Position numbers and translations under genes: made by a program. Below are positions 30,984 through 40,251 of a stretch of DNA of 64,000 bases, piece by piece. Origin of the DNA: Patescibacteria group bacterium UBA4664 (GTDB taxonomy: Bacteria; Patescibacteriota; Saccharimonadia; CAILAD01; BJGX01); the NCBI GenBank assembly GCA_943354575.1, contig CALRCL010000001.1:2934-66933 (forward strand). Direction: 5' to 3'. Positions within the stretch are counted from its first letter, which is position 1, and every line of letters starts with the position of its first letter. The notes below the pieces were generated by a model. It saw only the letters and a program-made list of their open reading frames with translations. It ran no database searches and had not been told where the DNA came from.

Positions 30984-31166
30984 TTATTTATCTCCTTTAT
31001 TGTTGGGTTTATTGAGTTCAAGTTGCGTGTTAGTAAATGTCTTTCGGTGCAAGTCGGTAATTCTGTACCGTAGGAAGCCTGCCATTGAGCGTTCTTCATT
31101 TCTCGCTAGGTCTCTCAGCTTTTGCCAGACATCAACTGGAAGCTGTACTGTTTTGATTTGTGCCAT
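30984..31166 (-). CDS. ribbon-helix-helix (CopG/Arc/ParD-like) DNA-binding protein
   Basis: MAQIKTVQLPVDVWQKLRDLARNEERSMAGFLRYRI: beta strand plus two helices, the pattern of RHH repressors/antitoxins. Start taken at the internal Met. Confidence 0.5.
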   Translation of the reverse strand: MAQIKTVQLPVDVWQKLRDLARNEERSMAGFLRYRITDLHRKTFTNTQLELNKPNNKGDK

Positions 31167-31362
31167 TCTCTTCTCCTTGTTTAGATTGCTTTGTTTTAAG
31201 GTCAATCTCGATGAAAACATCTAGGTAGTCCGCAATCGCAATCACTATTTCTTGCGATAACTCAGAAGACACGCCTTTGTTTGTGGCTTGCTTTTGTGGT
31301 TCTTCTGGTTGAGATTTGCTATTCGTTTTCATAGTTGCCTTGTTGCAACCAATCACGAACAT
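31132..31362 (-). CDS. small hypothetical protein (76 aa)
   Basis: ORF only. Overlaps the chosen RHH start by 35 nt. No motif. Confidence 0.2.
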   Translation of the reverse strand: MFVIGCNKATMKTNSKSQPEEPQKQATNKGVSSELSQEIVIAIADYLDVFIEIDLKTKQSKQGEENGTNQNSTASS

Positions 31363-31423
31363 TAAAAAAGCCCGTTGTTGATTACGGGCGTATCGTCACA
31401 CAAGGGTTAGTCTGAAAATATTT

Positions 31424-32206
31424 TCAGCAAACTTTACAGATGAGTTTGTTCACAATTACCTTGCGTCCTTGAATTATTATCAGATTGTCAGGACCACCGA
31501 TATCTGTTATCTTTCCATTGATTTCCTGTATTGTGTTCCTGATATTTTTTACATGATTTCTAGTAATAATTGAGTCGTTAACTCCTAAGATTTTACTGAA
31601 ACTAATACCTTGCTTTAGTGTATTGACATTTTTGAACAGCATTTCCAAAAGCTGTGGTTGTTTATATTTGTTACCATTTTTTCGTCTGACACTTCCAGCG
31701 TTTGAATAGTCAATTTTTACAAAGGGTGTTAATGTCAGGATACCACTGTTCTTGTTATAGCTATCAGTATCAAGGTGCTCGATAGCAAATGACTCATGCT
31801 CAATGGTACTAGCAGGCTTTACTTTGGGAATTGTTAGCTTATCAATTTTGTGAAGAGTGGTGCTAAATCTATTAAGTGCTAGGATTGTATATGTTTTTTC
31901 AGCAAGTAAATCTTCAATCATGTCGGCAAAGTCAGTTTTGCCCTGTAAGCCCATCTCTTCTATATCATAAAGCTCCAACAATATTTCTTCTGGTACATCT
32001 TCAATACTTTTGTAGACTGGCTCATCCTTGTACTTGATATACCTATAATCGTTTGCTAGAACTTCAAGCAATTCCTTTTGTTCAGACAAGCTAATACCCC
32101 TTGAGTACAGCTCTTTGGAGTCAATGGTCATTGGCTTACCTTGGCTAAAGCCATTGGCAATATCAATATAACTTAGTAGGTCTAGTATTTTTTCATTGTT
32201 TATCAT
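31424..32206 (-). CDS. hypothetical protein (260 aa), island cargo
   Basis: AT-rich codon usage, no recognisable motif. C-terminal CKVC. Confidence 0.45.
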   Translation of the reverse strand: MINNEKILDLLSYIDIANGFSQGKPMTIDSKELYSRGISLSEQKELLEVLANDYRYIKYKDEPVYKSIEDVPEEILLELYDIEEMGLQGKTDFADMIEDLLAEKTYTILALNRFSTTLHKIDKLTIPKVKPASTIEHESFAIEHLDTDSYNKNSGILTLTPFVKIDYSNAGSVRRKNGNKYKQPQLLEMLFKNVNTLKQGISFSKILGVNDSIITRNHVKNIRNTIQEINGKITDIGGPDNLIIIQGRKVIVNKLICKVC

Positions 32207-32237
32207 GGGCTGTTCTTTACCACAGAGCTAGTAACTC

Positions 32238-32444
32238 GTGTATAGTTATAGTATGACACAATCTGAGGCTAAACGACCAAGACTACTCACGCTCAAACAG
32301 GCGTGCGACATGCTTGGTTGTCATCCAAACACCTTGCGTGCTTGGGACAAAAAAGGCTATTTAGTGGCTGTTCGTATTGGTACAAGGGGTGATAGACGAT
32401 ATTACAAAGACGATGTATTGAAGATAATGGAGAAAAACAAATGA
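32238..32444 (+). CDS. MerR/Xis-like helix-turn-helix protein (excisionase/AlpA-type); candidate RDF or RM controller
   Basis: LLTLKQACDMLGCHPNTLRAWDKKGYLVAVRIGTRGDRRYYKDDV matches the HTH_17/excisionase fold pattern. Stop overlaps the mod start (ATGA). Confidence 0.55.
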   Translation: MYSYSMTQSEAKRPRLLTLKQACDMLGCHPNTLRAWDKKGYLVAVRIGTRGDRRYYKDDVLKIMEKNK

Positions 32445-34621
32445 CACTGAGCGATAACGAAAAACGAGACATAATCAAATTTCTAGAGGCTGGAAAACCC
32501 TTACCAGAGAAATATCGTTTTTTGTTGTTTGATGACGCTCGTGAAGTTGAATTGCTATGGAATGGTAAAAACAATGAGGTAACAAATACAGTATTGCCTT
32601 TTCAGGTTATTGAGCAAATTGATGAACCTCGTAGCGACAACAAGATTGGCCTACAATCTAGTTTGTTTGACGATGGTGGTAGACAGATAACAGGTTGGAC
32701 CAATAAACTAATTTGGGGTGATAACAGGCTAATTCTTTCATCTCTTAAGAATGGACCAATGCGTGATGAAATCGAGTCACAGGGTGGTCTCAAATTAGTT
32801 TACATCGACCCACCGTTTGATGTTGGTGCAGATTTCTCGATGGATATAACTATTGGGGATGGCAAAGACGGAGAAAGTTTTGTAAAGAAGCCGTCAGTTA
32901 TTGAAGAGATCGCATATCGCGACACTTGGGGTAAGGGTGCTGACAGTTTCATATCAATGATTTATGAACGAATAATCCTCATCCATGACTTACTAGCAGA
33001 AGATGGAAGTATATTCGTGCATTGTGATTGGAGACTAAGCTCTCACATGCGGTTAGTTCTAGATGAGATATTCGGAAAGCAAAATTTTGTTAATGAAATA
33101 ATTTGGGCATACTACGGTCCAGGAACTGATAAATCAAAAGAGTTCACAAAGAAGCATGACACGATATATTATTATGCGAAAAATAAAGGCTCACATATAT
33201 TCAATGATGGTGCTATACGAGTTGAACATAGTGCAAAAACTAAAGATAACTACAAAAAGGGTCTAGCAGGCTCTGGTTTCGCTGCTGAGAGTATAAATAG
33301 CCGAGAAAAGGAAGCCTACGCTGATGACACAAATCTCAACAAGTTAGGTAAAATACCTGAAGATTGGTGGGAAATGGCAATCGCCGCTAGGTATCCCGTT
33401 GATGGTGTGAAAAGAACTGGCTACCCTACGGAAAAGCCACTGCCATTGCTTGAACGAATAATAAAGGTTGCATCTAACGAGGGCGACCTAGTTGCAGATT
33501 TCTTCGTAGGTTCTGGAACTACTCTTGCTGTTTCTGAAATGTTAGGTAGGAAATGGATTGGAACGGATTTAGGTAGATTTGGTATCCACACATCACGAAA
33601 GAGAATGATTGATGTGCAACGCAAACTTAAAAAAGACGGTAAAGATTTTCGTGCATTTGAAATATTGAATGTTGGTAGGTACGAAAGAGAGAATTATCTT
33701 AATGTTAATGATGACCTGCGTGCAGAAGAAAAGGCTCAGCAAGCTGTAAGAAAAGAAAAAGAGTTTGTGAAGCTAATTATTACAGCGTACAAAGCAGAGC
33801 CTGTTGAGTCGTTTGTGAATATCGTTGGAAAGAAAAGAGATAGGCTAGTTGCAGTCGGTCCAATTAGTACGCCTGTTTCGTCCAAACAAGTAGATGACAT
33901 AGTTGCTGAGTGTAAAGACAAAGGTATTACAAAAGTTGACATACTTGGGTTTGACTACGAAATGGGATTGGATTTTCATGCATACGCCAGCCAGGGTATA
34001 GATGTTGCATTTAGGGTAATACCGAGAGAAGTGTTTGATAAAAAAGCTGTTGAGCGTGGACATGTTAAGTTCTACGATGTTGCATTTATTGACGCTAAGC
34101 CAACCGTAAAAGGTCCGATGAATAAGAAAGAGATTTCGATTGAATTAACCGACTTCTCTGTCTTCTATAATCAAGACGACTCCGGAGAAGTTGCAGAAGC
34201 ACTACGCCCCGGTGGAGCAAAAGTAATTGTAGAAAACGGACAAGTAGTAAAAGTTTCAAAAGATAAAGATAGCGACATTATCTCAAAAGAAATACTCACC
34301 AAGAAGTGGAGTGACTGGATTGATTACTGGGCTGTAGATTTTGACTTTTCAAGCCGTAAAGAAATGATTAGAGTGCCCAAAACTCATGGAGATAATCTGT
34401 TTGGCAAAGGTAATGTCCAAGATTTACTAGAGTATGAAGAAGTTTGGACTGGTGATTATATCTTCGATAACGAATGGCAGAGCTTTAGGACAAAAAAGAA
34501 TAGGGAGCTTGAACTGACCTCAGCGGCAAAAGAAGTTGGCAAAGGTAAATACAAAGTCGCAATCAAGGTTGTAGACATATTTGGTAACGATACTACTAGG
34601 GTCTTTGAGGTAGAGGTTTAA
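32441..34621 (+). CDS. mod: Type III restriction-modification methyltransferase (Mod), beta-class N6A/N4C MTase
   Basis: Motif IV LVYIDPPFDVG precedes motif I FFVGSGTTLAVSEMLGRKWIGTDL (beta-class order typical of Type III Mod). 726 aa. Immediately followed by the Res gene. Confidence 0.8.
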   Translation: MTLSDNEKRDIIKFLEAGKPLPEKYRFLLFDDAREVELLWNGKNNEVTNTVLPFQVIEQIDEPRSDNKIGLQSSLFDDGGRQITGWTNKLIWGDNRLILSSLKNGPMRDEIESQGGLKLVYIDPPFDVGADFSMDITIGDGKDGESFVKKPSVIEEIAYRDTWGKGADSFISMIYERIILIHDLLAEDGSIFVHCDWRLSSHMRLVLDEIFGKQNFVNEIIWAYYGPGTDKSKEFTKKHDTIYYYAKNKGSHIFNDGAIRVEHSAKTKDNYKKGLAGSGFAAESINSREKEAYADDTNLNKLGKIPEDWWEMAIAARYPVDGVKRTGYPTEKPLPLLERIIKVASNEGDLVADFFVGSGTTLAVSEMLGRKWIGTDLGRFGIHTSRKRMIDVQRKLKKDGKDFRAFEILNVGRYERENYLNVNDDLRAEEKAQQAVRKEKEFVKLIITAYKAEPVESFVNIVGKKRDRLVAVGPISTPVSSKQVDDIVAECKDKGITKVDILGFDYEMGLDFHAYASQGIDVAFRVIPREVFDKKAVERGHVKFYDVAFIDAKPTVKGPMNKKEISIELTDFSVFYNQDDSGEVAEALRPGGAKVIVENGQVVKVSKDKDSDIISKEILTKKWSDWIDYWAVDFDFSSRKEMIRVPKTHGDNLFGKGNVQDLLEYEEVWTGDYIFDNEWQSFRTKKNRELELTSAAKEVGKGKYKVAIKVVDIFGNDTTRVFEVEV

Positions 34622-34622
34622 C

Positions 34623-37313
34623 ATGGCTCTACATAAAGACTTTCCTACCGACCCATATGCCATATTAGACCCAAGTATCCGCTGGTTTCCTGCTGATGAA
34701 GACTTACGAGACAAAGGTCACGAGAAGCTACTCCCACCATTGGTCGCCGACTTGCGTAAAAAAGTTAAGGAATGGCGACTGCTCAATTATGAGGGAGCAA
34801 GTGATACATCTATTGCATTGCTCAATTGGTGGTTCAAAGAAGACCATATTCAATACAATCAAGACGGCTCTTCGTACAATTTTAGATACTACTTTGCACA
34901 GCGTGAAGCACTAGAAACAGTTGTCTGGCTTTATGAGGTCGCCAAGGTAAAAGATAAGTACGACCTCATACGCTATAACTCAACTGGCGTATTGAGTGCG
35001 GGAATGTTTACGGAAGAGTGGCTACGCTTTGTTATTAAAATGGCTACTGGTGCTGGTAAGACAAAAGTAATGAGCTTGGTACTTGCATGGGCTTATTTCC
35101 ATAAAAAATATGAGGAAGACTCACAACTCTCTAAGAACTTCCTTTTAATCGCTCCCAATGTGATTGTGTTTGAGCGTATTAAGAATGACTTTGAGGGATT
35201 AAAGATATTCCATGAAGACCCTGTACTTCCTGACAATGGTTATCGTGGGCAGAATTGGCAAGATGACTTCCAGCTCACTTTACACCTGCAAGACAACCTA
35301 CGGAACATCTCTGACACAGGTAATATCTTTCTCACTAACATACATCGTGTATTTGAGTCGGATGTCAAAAACGCCAGTGCTGATGACGAAGACTCATCTA
35401 CCTATTTCTTGGGTAATAAACCTGTAACTAAAACAAACGACTCAACTGTTGACCTAGGAATGATAGTTAGAGATATAGACGAGTTGATTGTCATCAATGA
35501 CGAAGCTCATCATATATGGGATGAAAAACTTGCTTGGGCAAAATCAATTCAAGATATAGATAACCAATTAAAACAAAAAGGTTCAGGGCTATCACTGCAA
35601 CTTGATGTTACGGCTACGCCTAAGAAGCGAGACGGCTCAATCTTCGTACAGACAATTAGCGACTACCCTCTTGTTGAGGCAATACACCAACAGATTGTTA
35701 AAAACCCTGTCGTACCTGACGCCGCAAGTCGTGGCAAGTTGCATGAAAACCAAAGCTCACTGTTTAGCGAGAAGTACAGAGACTTCATTAATCTAGGTAT
35801 TGAAGAGTGGCGTAAAACTTACGAAGAGCTAAAACCTATGGGCAAGAAATCTATCTTGTTCATAATGACTGACGACACCAAAAACTGTGACGAGGTAGCG
35901 GAATATATCAGAACTAGCTTTGCTGATTTGCGAGACAGCGTACTAACTATTCATACCAACAAAAGTGGCGATATATCAGAAAGTGTTTCAGGTAAGAATA
36001 AAGACGAGCTAGATATACTTCGCAAACAAGCTAACGAAATTGATAGTTGGGAAAGCCCATTCAAAGTAATCATATCTGTAATGATGTTGAAAGAGGGTTG
36101 GGATGTTAAAAATGTAACTACTATTGTTGGGCTAAGGCCGTATGCCGCTGACTCAAAAATCTTGCCCGAACAGACACTTGGTCGTGGTCTGCGTAGAATG
36201 TTTTTTGGTCGTGATGATGTAAAAGAATATGTCAGTGTTGTTGGCACGCCTGCCTTTATGGAGTTTGTTGAGTCAATCAAGGGCGAGGGCGTTATCTTAG
36301 AAAAGAAAGCTATGGGTACAGGATCTAAGCCAATAGCACCTATGGTTGTTGAAGTTGACAATGAAAATCCACAAAAAGATATTGAAAAGCTAGATATTGA
36401 AATACCAATTATGACACCAAGAATACAGAGAGAGTACAAGAACCTTTCTGACTTAGATGTATCAAAGTTTGGTAATAAAAAAGTTTCAATCAAAACATTC
36501 ACAGAGCAGGAAAAGCGAGAGATTGTTTTCAAAGATGTTGTTGGCGAAAATGAACATCACACGACTGTACTTAGTGGAGATATAAATCCTGACTATCAGA
36601 GCGTGATAGGCTTCTTCGCACAAGCTATCATGCGTGAACTTCGTCTGTTTGGTTGCTACGACATTCTATTTGGAAAAGTAAGAGAGTTCGTGCACCAGTA
36701 TATGTTTGAGAACGAGGTTGAGCTGTCCGATTTGAACATGCTCCGAAACTTGTCAGAAGTTGAATACATACACCTGATAAAAGACTCGTTCAAAAAAGCA
36801 ATCAACGAGTTAACAGTTCAAGACAGTGGCGATACCGAGATAAAGAACTACATCAAGATAAGTGAGTCACGCCCATTCGTGGTGAATGACAAGGGCTTTG
36901 TTGTACCTAAAAAGTCAGTCTTCAATAAGATTGTTGGTGATAGTGACTTTGAATTAGTATTCGCTGGGTTTATCGAGGGCTGTGAAGATGTTATTTCGTT
37001 TACCAAGAACTTCCAAAACAAAGAAGCTAGTGCCTTGCGTATTGAATATAAAAACTCTGAGGGCTTTATAGCCAACTACTACCCTGACTTCTTTGTAAAA
37101 ACTGATAGCAAAACTGTTTACATAATTGAAACTAAAGGTCGTGAAGAAGAAGACGACAAACTAAAGTTTGAGCGTCTAAAAAAGTGGTGCGATGATGTTA
37201 ATGACCGTCAAAGTAAAATGGTCTACAAAGCTCTATACATAAAGCAAGAAGAGTGGAATAGAGACAGACTAAAGAGCTTTGATGAGGTTGTCCGAGTATT
37301 TGGAGATAAATAA
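34623..37313 (+). CDS. res: Type III restriction enzyme Res subunit (SF2 helicase + C-terminal PD-(D/E)xK endonuclease)
   Basis: Walker A MATGAGKTKVMS, DEAH box VINDEAHHIW, C-terminal nuclease motif YYPDFFVKTDSKTVYIIETKG. Starts 1 nt after the mod stop. Confidence 0.85.
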   Translation: MALHKDFPTDPYAILDPSIRWFPADEDLRDKGHEKLLPPLVADLRKKVKEWRLLNYEGASDTSIALLNWWFKEDHIQYNQDGSSYNFRYYFAQREALETVVWLYEVAKVKDKYDLIRYNSTGVLSAGMFTEEWLRFVIKMATGAGKTKVMSLVLAWAYFHKKYEEDSQLSKNFLLIAPNVIVFERIKNDFEGLKIFHEDPVLPDNGYRGQNWQDDFQLTLHLQDNLRNISDTGNIFLTNIHRVFESDVKNASADDEDSSTYFLGNKPVTKTNDSTVDLGMIVRDIDELIVINDEAHHIWDEKLAWAKSIQDIDNQLKQKGSGLSLQLDVTATPKKRDGSIFVQTISDYPLVEAIHQQIVKNPVVPDAASRGKLHENQSSLFSEKYRDFINLGIEEWRKTYEELKPMGKKSILFIMTDDTKNCDEVAEYIRTSFADLRDSVLTIHTNKSGDISESVSGKNKDELDILRKQANEIDSWESPFKVIISVMMLKEGWDVKNVTTIVGLRPYAADSKILPEQTLGRGLRRMFFGRDDVKEYVSVVGTPAFMEFVESIKGEGVILEKKAMGTGSKPIAPMVVEVDNENPQKDIEKLDIEIPIMTPRIQREYKNLSDLDVSKFGNKKVSIKTFTEQEKREIVFKDVVGENEHHTTVLSGDINPDYQSVIGFFAQAIMRELRLFGCYDILFGKVREFVHQYMFENEVELSDLNMLRNLSEVEYIHLIKDSFKKAINELTVQDSGDTEIKNYIKISESRPFVVNDKGFVVPKKSVFNKIVGDSDFELVFAGFIEGCEDVISFTKNFQNKEASALRIEYKNSEGFIANYYPDFFVKTDSKTVYIIETKGREEEDDKLKFERLKKWCDDVNDRQSKMVYKALYIKQEEWNRDRLKSFDEVVRVFGDK

Positions 37314-38797
37314 TGAGTCAGTCTGTTTACTTATCTAAAACAGACTTTCTAAAGTACCAAGTATGCCCAAGTTATCTTTGGCTATGGAAGTATAAGCCTG
37401 AAGTCGTGCCTGCTGACGAAGAAGAATATATCAAGCGTCGCAAAGAGCAAGGTAACGAAGTTGAAAAGTATGCACGACAGCTATTTCCTAATGCCAAACT
37501 AGTAGAAACAAAAGGCAGTGAGGCAAGGCGTGATACTGAAAAATTAGTAGCCGACGGCAACACGACTATATTTCAAGCAACCGTTTTTACTGATAGTGGA
37601 TTATTTGCTATGGCTGATGTTATTACCTATGACAGTGAAAAAAAATCATGGACACTATTTGAAGTTAAAGGTACTAACTCTGTAAAAAAAGAACATATCT
37701 ACGACCTTGCGTTTCAGAAGTCTGCGTTTGAAGAAGCTGGGTATGTGATTGGTAAGACGGGCGTTATATTCCTCAACAAAGAGTACAAGCGTAAACCAAG
37801 CATCGTGGCTTCTGAGTTTTTGACACAAGAAGATACTTCCAACAAAGTCGATGAAATCTTGCCAACAATAAAAGACCAAATAAAGGACGCACTTGCTTCT
37901 ATCACTGATACGCCCGAACCAACATCATGCAGTTGCCGTCTAAGGACAAGGTCTAATCATTGCCCTACATTCAAACTTCTTAACCCCGATATTCCTGAGT
38001 ACTCTGTCTTCAACATCACAAATATGCGAGATAAAAAACTTGCTTCCTTGATTGATAACGAGATATTCAATGTGGCGGATGTGCCTGATGACATAAAGCT
38101 AAGCATTCCACAAAAGAACCAAGTAGAGGCTACGAAGACTGGTAATGTCAAAATAGATAATGCAAGCATTGAGCGTATCTTGAACGAGTTAGTATTTCCG
38201 CTATATTTCCTAGACTATGAAACTGTTTCAACAGCAGTACCACTATATGAGGGGTGCAAGCCGTATCAACAAATCCCTTTCCAGTATTCGCTTGATGTAT
38301 TACGAGAGCGTGGCGGTGAGTTAGAACATTATGAATATCTATCAAGAGACGCTAAGAAATTGCCTGCAAAAGAGCTACTGGCTGGTCTTAGAGAGCTAAT
38401 GGACGATGACGGTAGCGTAATAGTTTGGCACAAGACATTTGAAATGGGACGCAATCGTGAAATGGGCGAAACTTACCCCGAATATGCCAATTTCATGGCA
38501 AGCGTGAATGATAGGATTTTTGACCTGAAAGATATATTCAGTAAGCAGCACTTCATACATCCTGATTTTAGAGGCAGTAACTCCATTAAAGATGTGTTGC
38601 CAGTACTAGTACCTGAACTGTCGTACAAAGAGCTTGGTATTCAAAATGGCATGATTGCCCCAATTCGCTGGTATGACGCTGTTACCGGTGCTGTGAGTGC
38701 CGAAGAAGCACAAGTTATCTTCGATGACCTCATAAAGTACTGCGGACTAGACACATTAGCTATGGTCAAAATATATGAGTATCTAGTAAGGCTATGA
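37313..38797 (+). CDS. two-domain nuclease-like protein: N-terminal Cas4/RecB-like PD-(D/E)xK with 4-Cys cluster plus C-terminal DEDD-like 3'-5' exonuclease fold (DUF2779-like?)
   Basis: N-terminal KYQVCPSYLWL (Cas4-like motif), D102...E117-V-K119, Cys18/Cys206/Cys208/Cys217 arranged like a Cas4 Fe-S cluster. C-terminal FLDYET (Exo I-like), VWHKTFE (Exo II-like), YCGLDTLAMVKIY (Exo III YxxxD). The start ATG overlaps the res stop (TAATG-type coupling). Confidence 0.45.
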   Translation: MSQSVYLSKTDFLKYQVCPSYLWLWKYKPEVVPADEEEYIKRRKEQGNEVEKYARQLFPNAKLVETKGSEARRDTEKLVADGNTTIFQATVFTDSGLFAMADVITYDSEKKSWTLFEVKGTNSVKKEHIYDLAFQKSAFEEAGYVIGKTGVIFLNKEYKRKPSIVASEFLTQEDTSNKVDEILPTIKDQIKDALASITDTPEPTSCSCRLRTRSNHCPTFKLLNPDIPEYSVFNITNMRDKKLASLIDNEIFNVADVPDDIKLSIPQKNQVEATKTGNVKIDNASIERILNELVFPLYFLDYETVSTAVPLYEGCKPYQQIPFQYSLDVLRERGGELEHYEYLSRDAKKLPAKELLAGLRELMDDDGSVIVWHKTFEMGRNREMGETYPEYANFMASVNDRIFDLKDIFSKQHFIHPDFRGSNSIKDVLPVLVPELSYKELGIQNGMIAPIRWYDAVTGAVSAEEAQVIFDDLIKYCGLDTLAMVKIYEYLVRL

Positions 38798-38985
38798 ATA
38801 TAACCGACAAAGATATTACTGAGTTCCAGACTTTATACAAAGCACGATTTGGCAAAGATATTGATAGGACCGAGGCGAGAGATAAATTATCAAAGCTGGT
38901 CCGACAAATGGAAATCGTGTATCAACCGATAACTAAAAAACAAGTTAAAGATTTGAAAGAGAAAGACGCAAAAAAACAGTCCTAA
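38794..38985 (+). CDS. small hypothetical protein (63 aa) translationally coupled to the upstream nuclease gene
   Basis: ATGA overlap with the preceding gene. Lys/Asp-rich, no motif. Followed by a terminator hairpin. Confidence 0.4.
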   Translation: MNITDKDITEFQTLYKARFGKDIDRTEARDKLSKLVRQMEIVYQPITKKQVKDLKEKDAKKQS

Positions 38986-39066
38986 AACGATTAAGCTTAT
39001 CGCTTATGCTACAATATGGGTAATGCGTTTATCGCAGGGGGACGACTCGTAAGAGCGTCGCAGAAG

Positions 39067-39091
39067 GACCCGCAAGGGTCTCTTTTGTTTT
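39067..39091 (+). terminator. intrinsic terminator of the RM operon
   Basis: GACCC-GCAA-GGGTC followed by TCTTTTGTTTT. Confidence 0.5.
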
Positions 39092-39863
39092 ATAGGAACT
39101 TTTTACCGTTGCCCTTTGGTCCAGTTGCACCAGTGTAATATTTCGGTTGAATAGCCTCTATAACTGTCTTTGTAAAGTTATTATCTAGAGTTTCTATTCT
39201 CTCATTTGAGTGCAGAATATCAATCTTTGAATTAAGTGCGATTAAGTCTGCGAACTCAAGTCCATGAATGAGATGATATTTTGTTTTCATCTTAATTTCT
39301 TTTGAGGTTAATCGTGCCTGTACATCCGTTGCGTTAGCGAAGTTCGTACCATTTGCATAAAAGTCCGAATACACTTCCTCTATTTTTCTATCTTCCTTTT
39401 TTCCACGAGCCTCTGCCATGACATCGCCTTTTGCATTGGCATACTTAAGAAACTTGCAATATCTTTCCAGCATACAAGTCAGGCTGTAATGATAGGGATG
39501 TTCGGGCGTTACATATTTATCTTGATGACCGTTCTTATCAATAACAACAGTAATTATTTGATAGTCTACATCTTTAAGTAGCGACAATAACTGCCCATCA
39601 AATTGTTTTCTTATATCTGCTTCTTGTAGCTTTGCAAACCCATTCTTAGAAGCCATTATATCTGTAAGATGAAGAGGTGGCCTAAGGTCATGGTCAGTGT
39701 AAAAATGTGAACGGAGTTGCTCAACTCTCTTTATCACTTCATTATCGTAAACATCTTTATTTATGATAATGCCAGTCAAGCCAAGATATCGTTCGGTTAT
39801 GGCTTCATTCCTTTGGTAGCGGTGATGTCCCGACTCATCAATATATAATCTGTAAACTGACAT
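39090..39863 (-). CDS. DUF3800 family protein
   Basis: N-terminus YRLYIDESGHH (the YIDESG signature I recall for DUF3800). Start taken at the internal Met 4 nt downstream of the stop of the upstream HTH gene. Confidence 0.55.
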   Translation of the reverse strand: MSVYRLYIDESGHHRYQRNEAITERYLGLTGIIINKDVYDNEVIKRVEQLRSHFYTDHDLRPPLHLTDIMASKNGFAKLQEADIRKQFDGQLLSLLKDVDYQIITVVIDKNGHQDKYVTPEHPYHYSLTCMLERYCKFLKYANAKGDVMAEARGKKEDRKIEEVYSDFYANGTNFANATDVQARLTSKEIKMKTKYHLIHGLEFADLIALNSKIDILHSNERIETLDNNFTKTVIEAIQPKYYTGATGPKGNGKKFL

Positions 39864-39867
39864 ACAT

Positions 39868-40251
39868 CTATAATAACTGAAGTGCGTGTAGTTCTTTGTC
39901 AGAATAGTTCTCAAACTGGTCATCTGCACTAACGGTTGTCAGTGTCTTTACGCTAAACTCGTCCTTACGCTTACGCTCTAAGTACCACATACTAGTCTTC
40001 ACATCGCCTCTACGAATAGCATTGCAGACAGTGTGCCTTGCTTGAATAATCATGAATAGCTTTGCACGCTCCATTTTGTCCATAAAATGAACATCATCTT
40101 CAAGTCTCTTATAATATGCAGAGCGAGAAACACCAGATATAGAACACGCTTCTTCTACCGTACAACCAATAGCAAATGCCTGTTCTAATTTACGGACAGT
40201 GTCATGGTCAAAGACTGTAGGTCTTCCTCTTGTTTTTGTAGCAACTTTCAT
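39868..40251 (-). CDS. HTH DNA-binding protein (terminase-small-subunit/resolvase-HTH-like)
   Basis: TRGRPTVFDHDTVRKLEQAFAIGCTVEEACSISGVSRSAYYKRL: classic HTH with a GRP lead-in. Forms an operon with the DUF3800 gene. Confidence 0.45.
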   Translation of the reverse strand: MKVATKTRGRPTVFDHDTVRKLEQAFAIGCTVEEACSISGVSRSAYYKRLEDDVHFMDKMERAKLFMIIQARHTVCNAIRRGDVKTSMWYLERKRKDEFSVKTLTTVSADDQFENYSDKELHALQLL

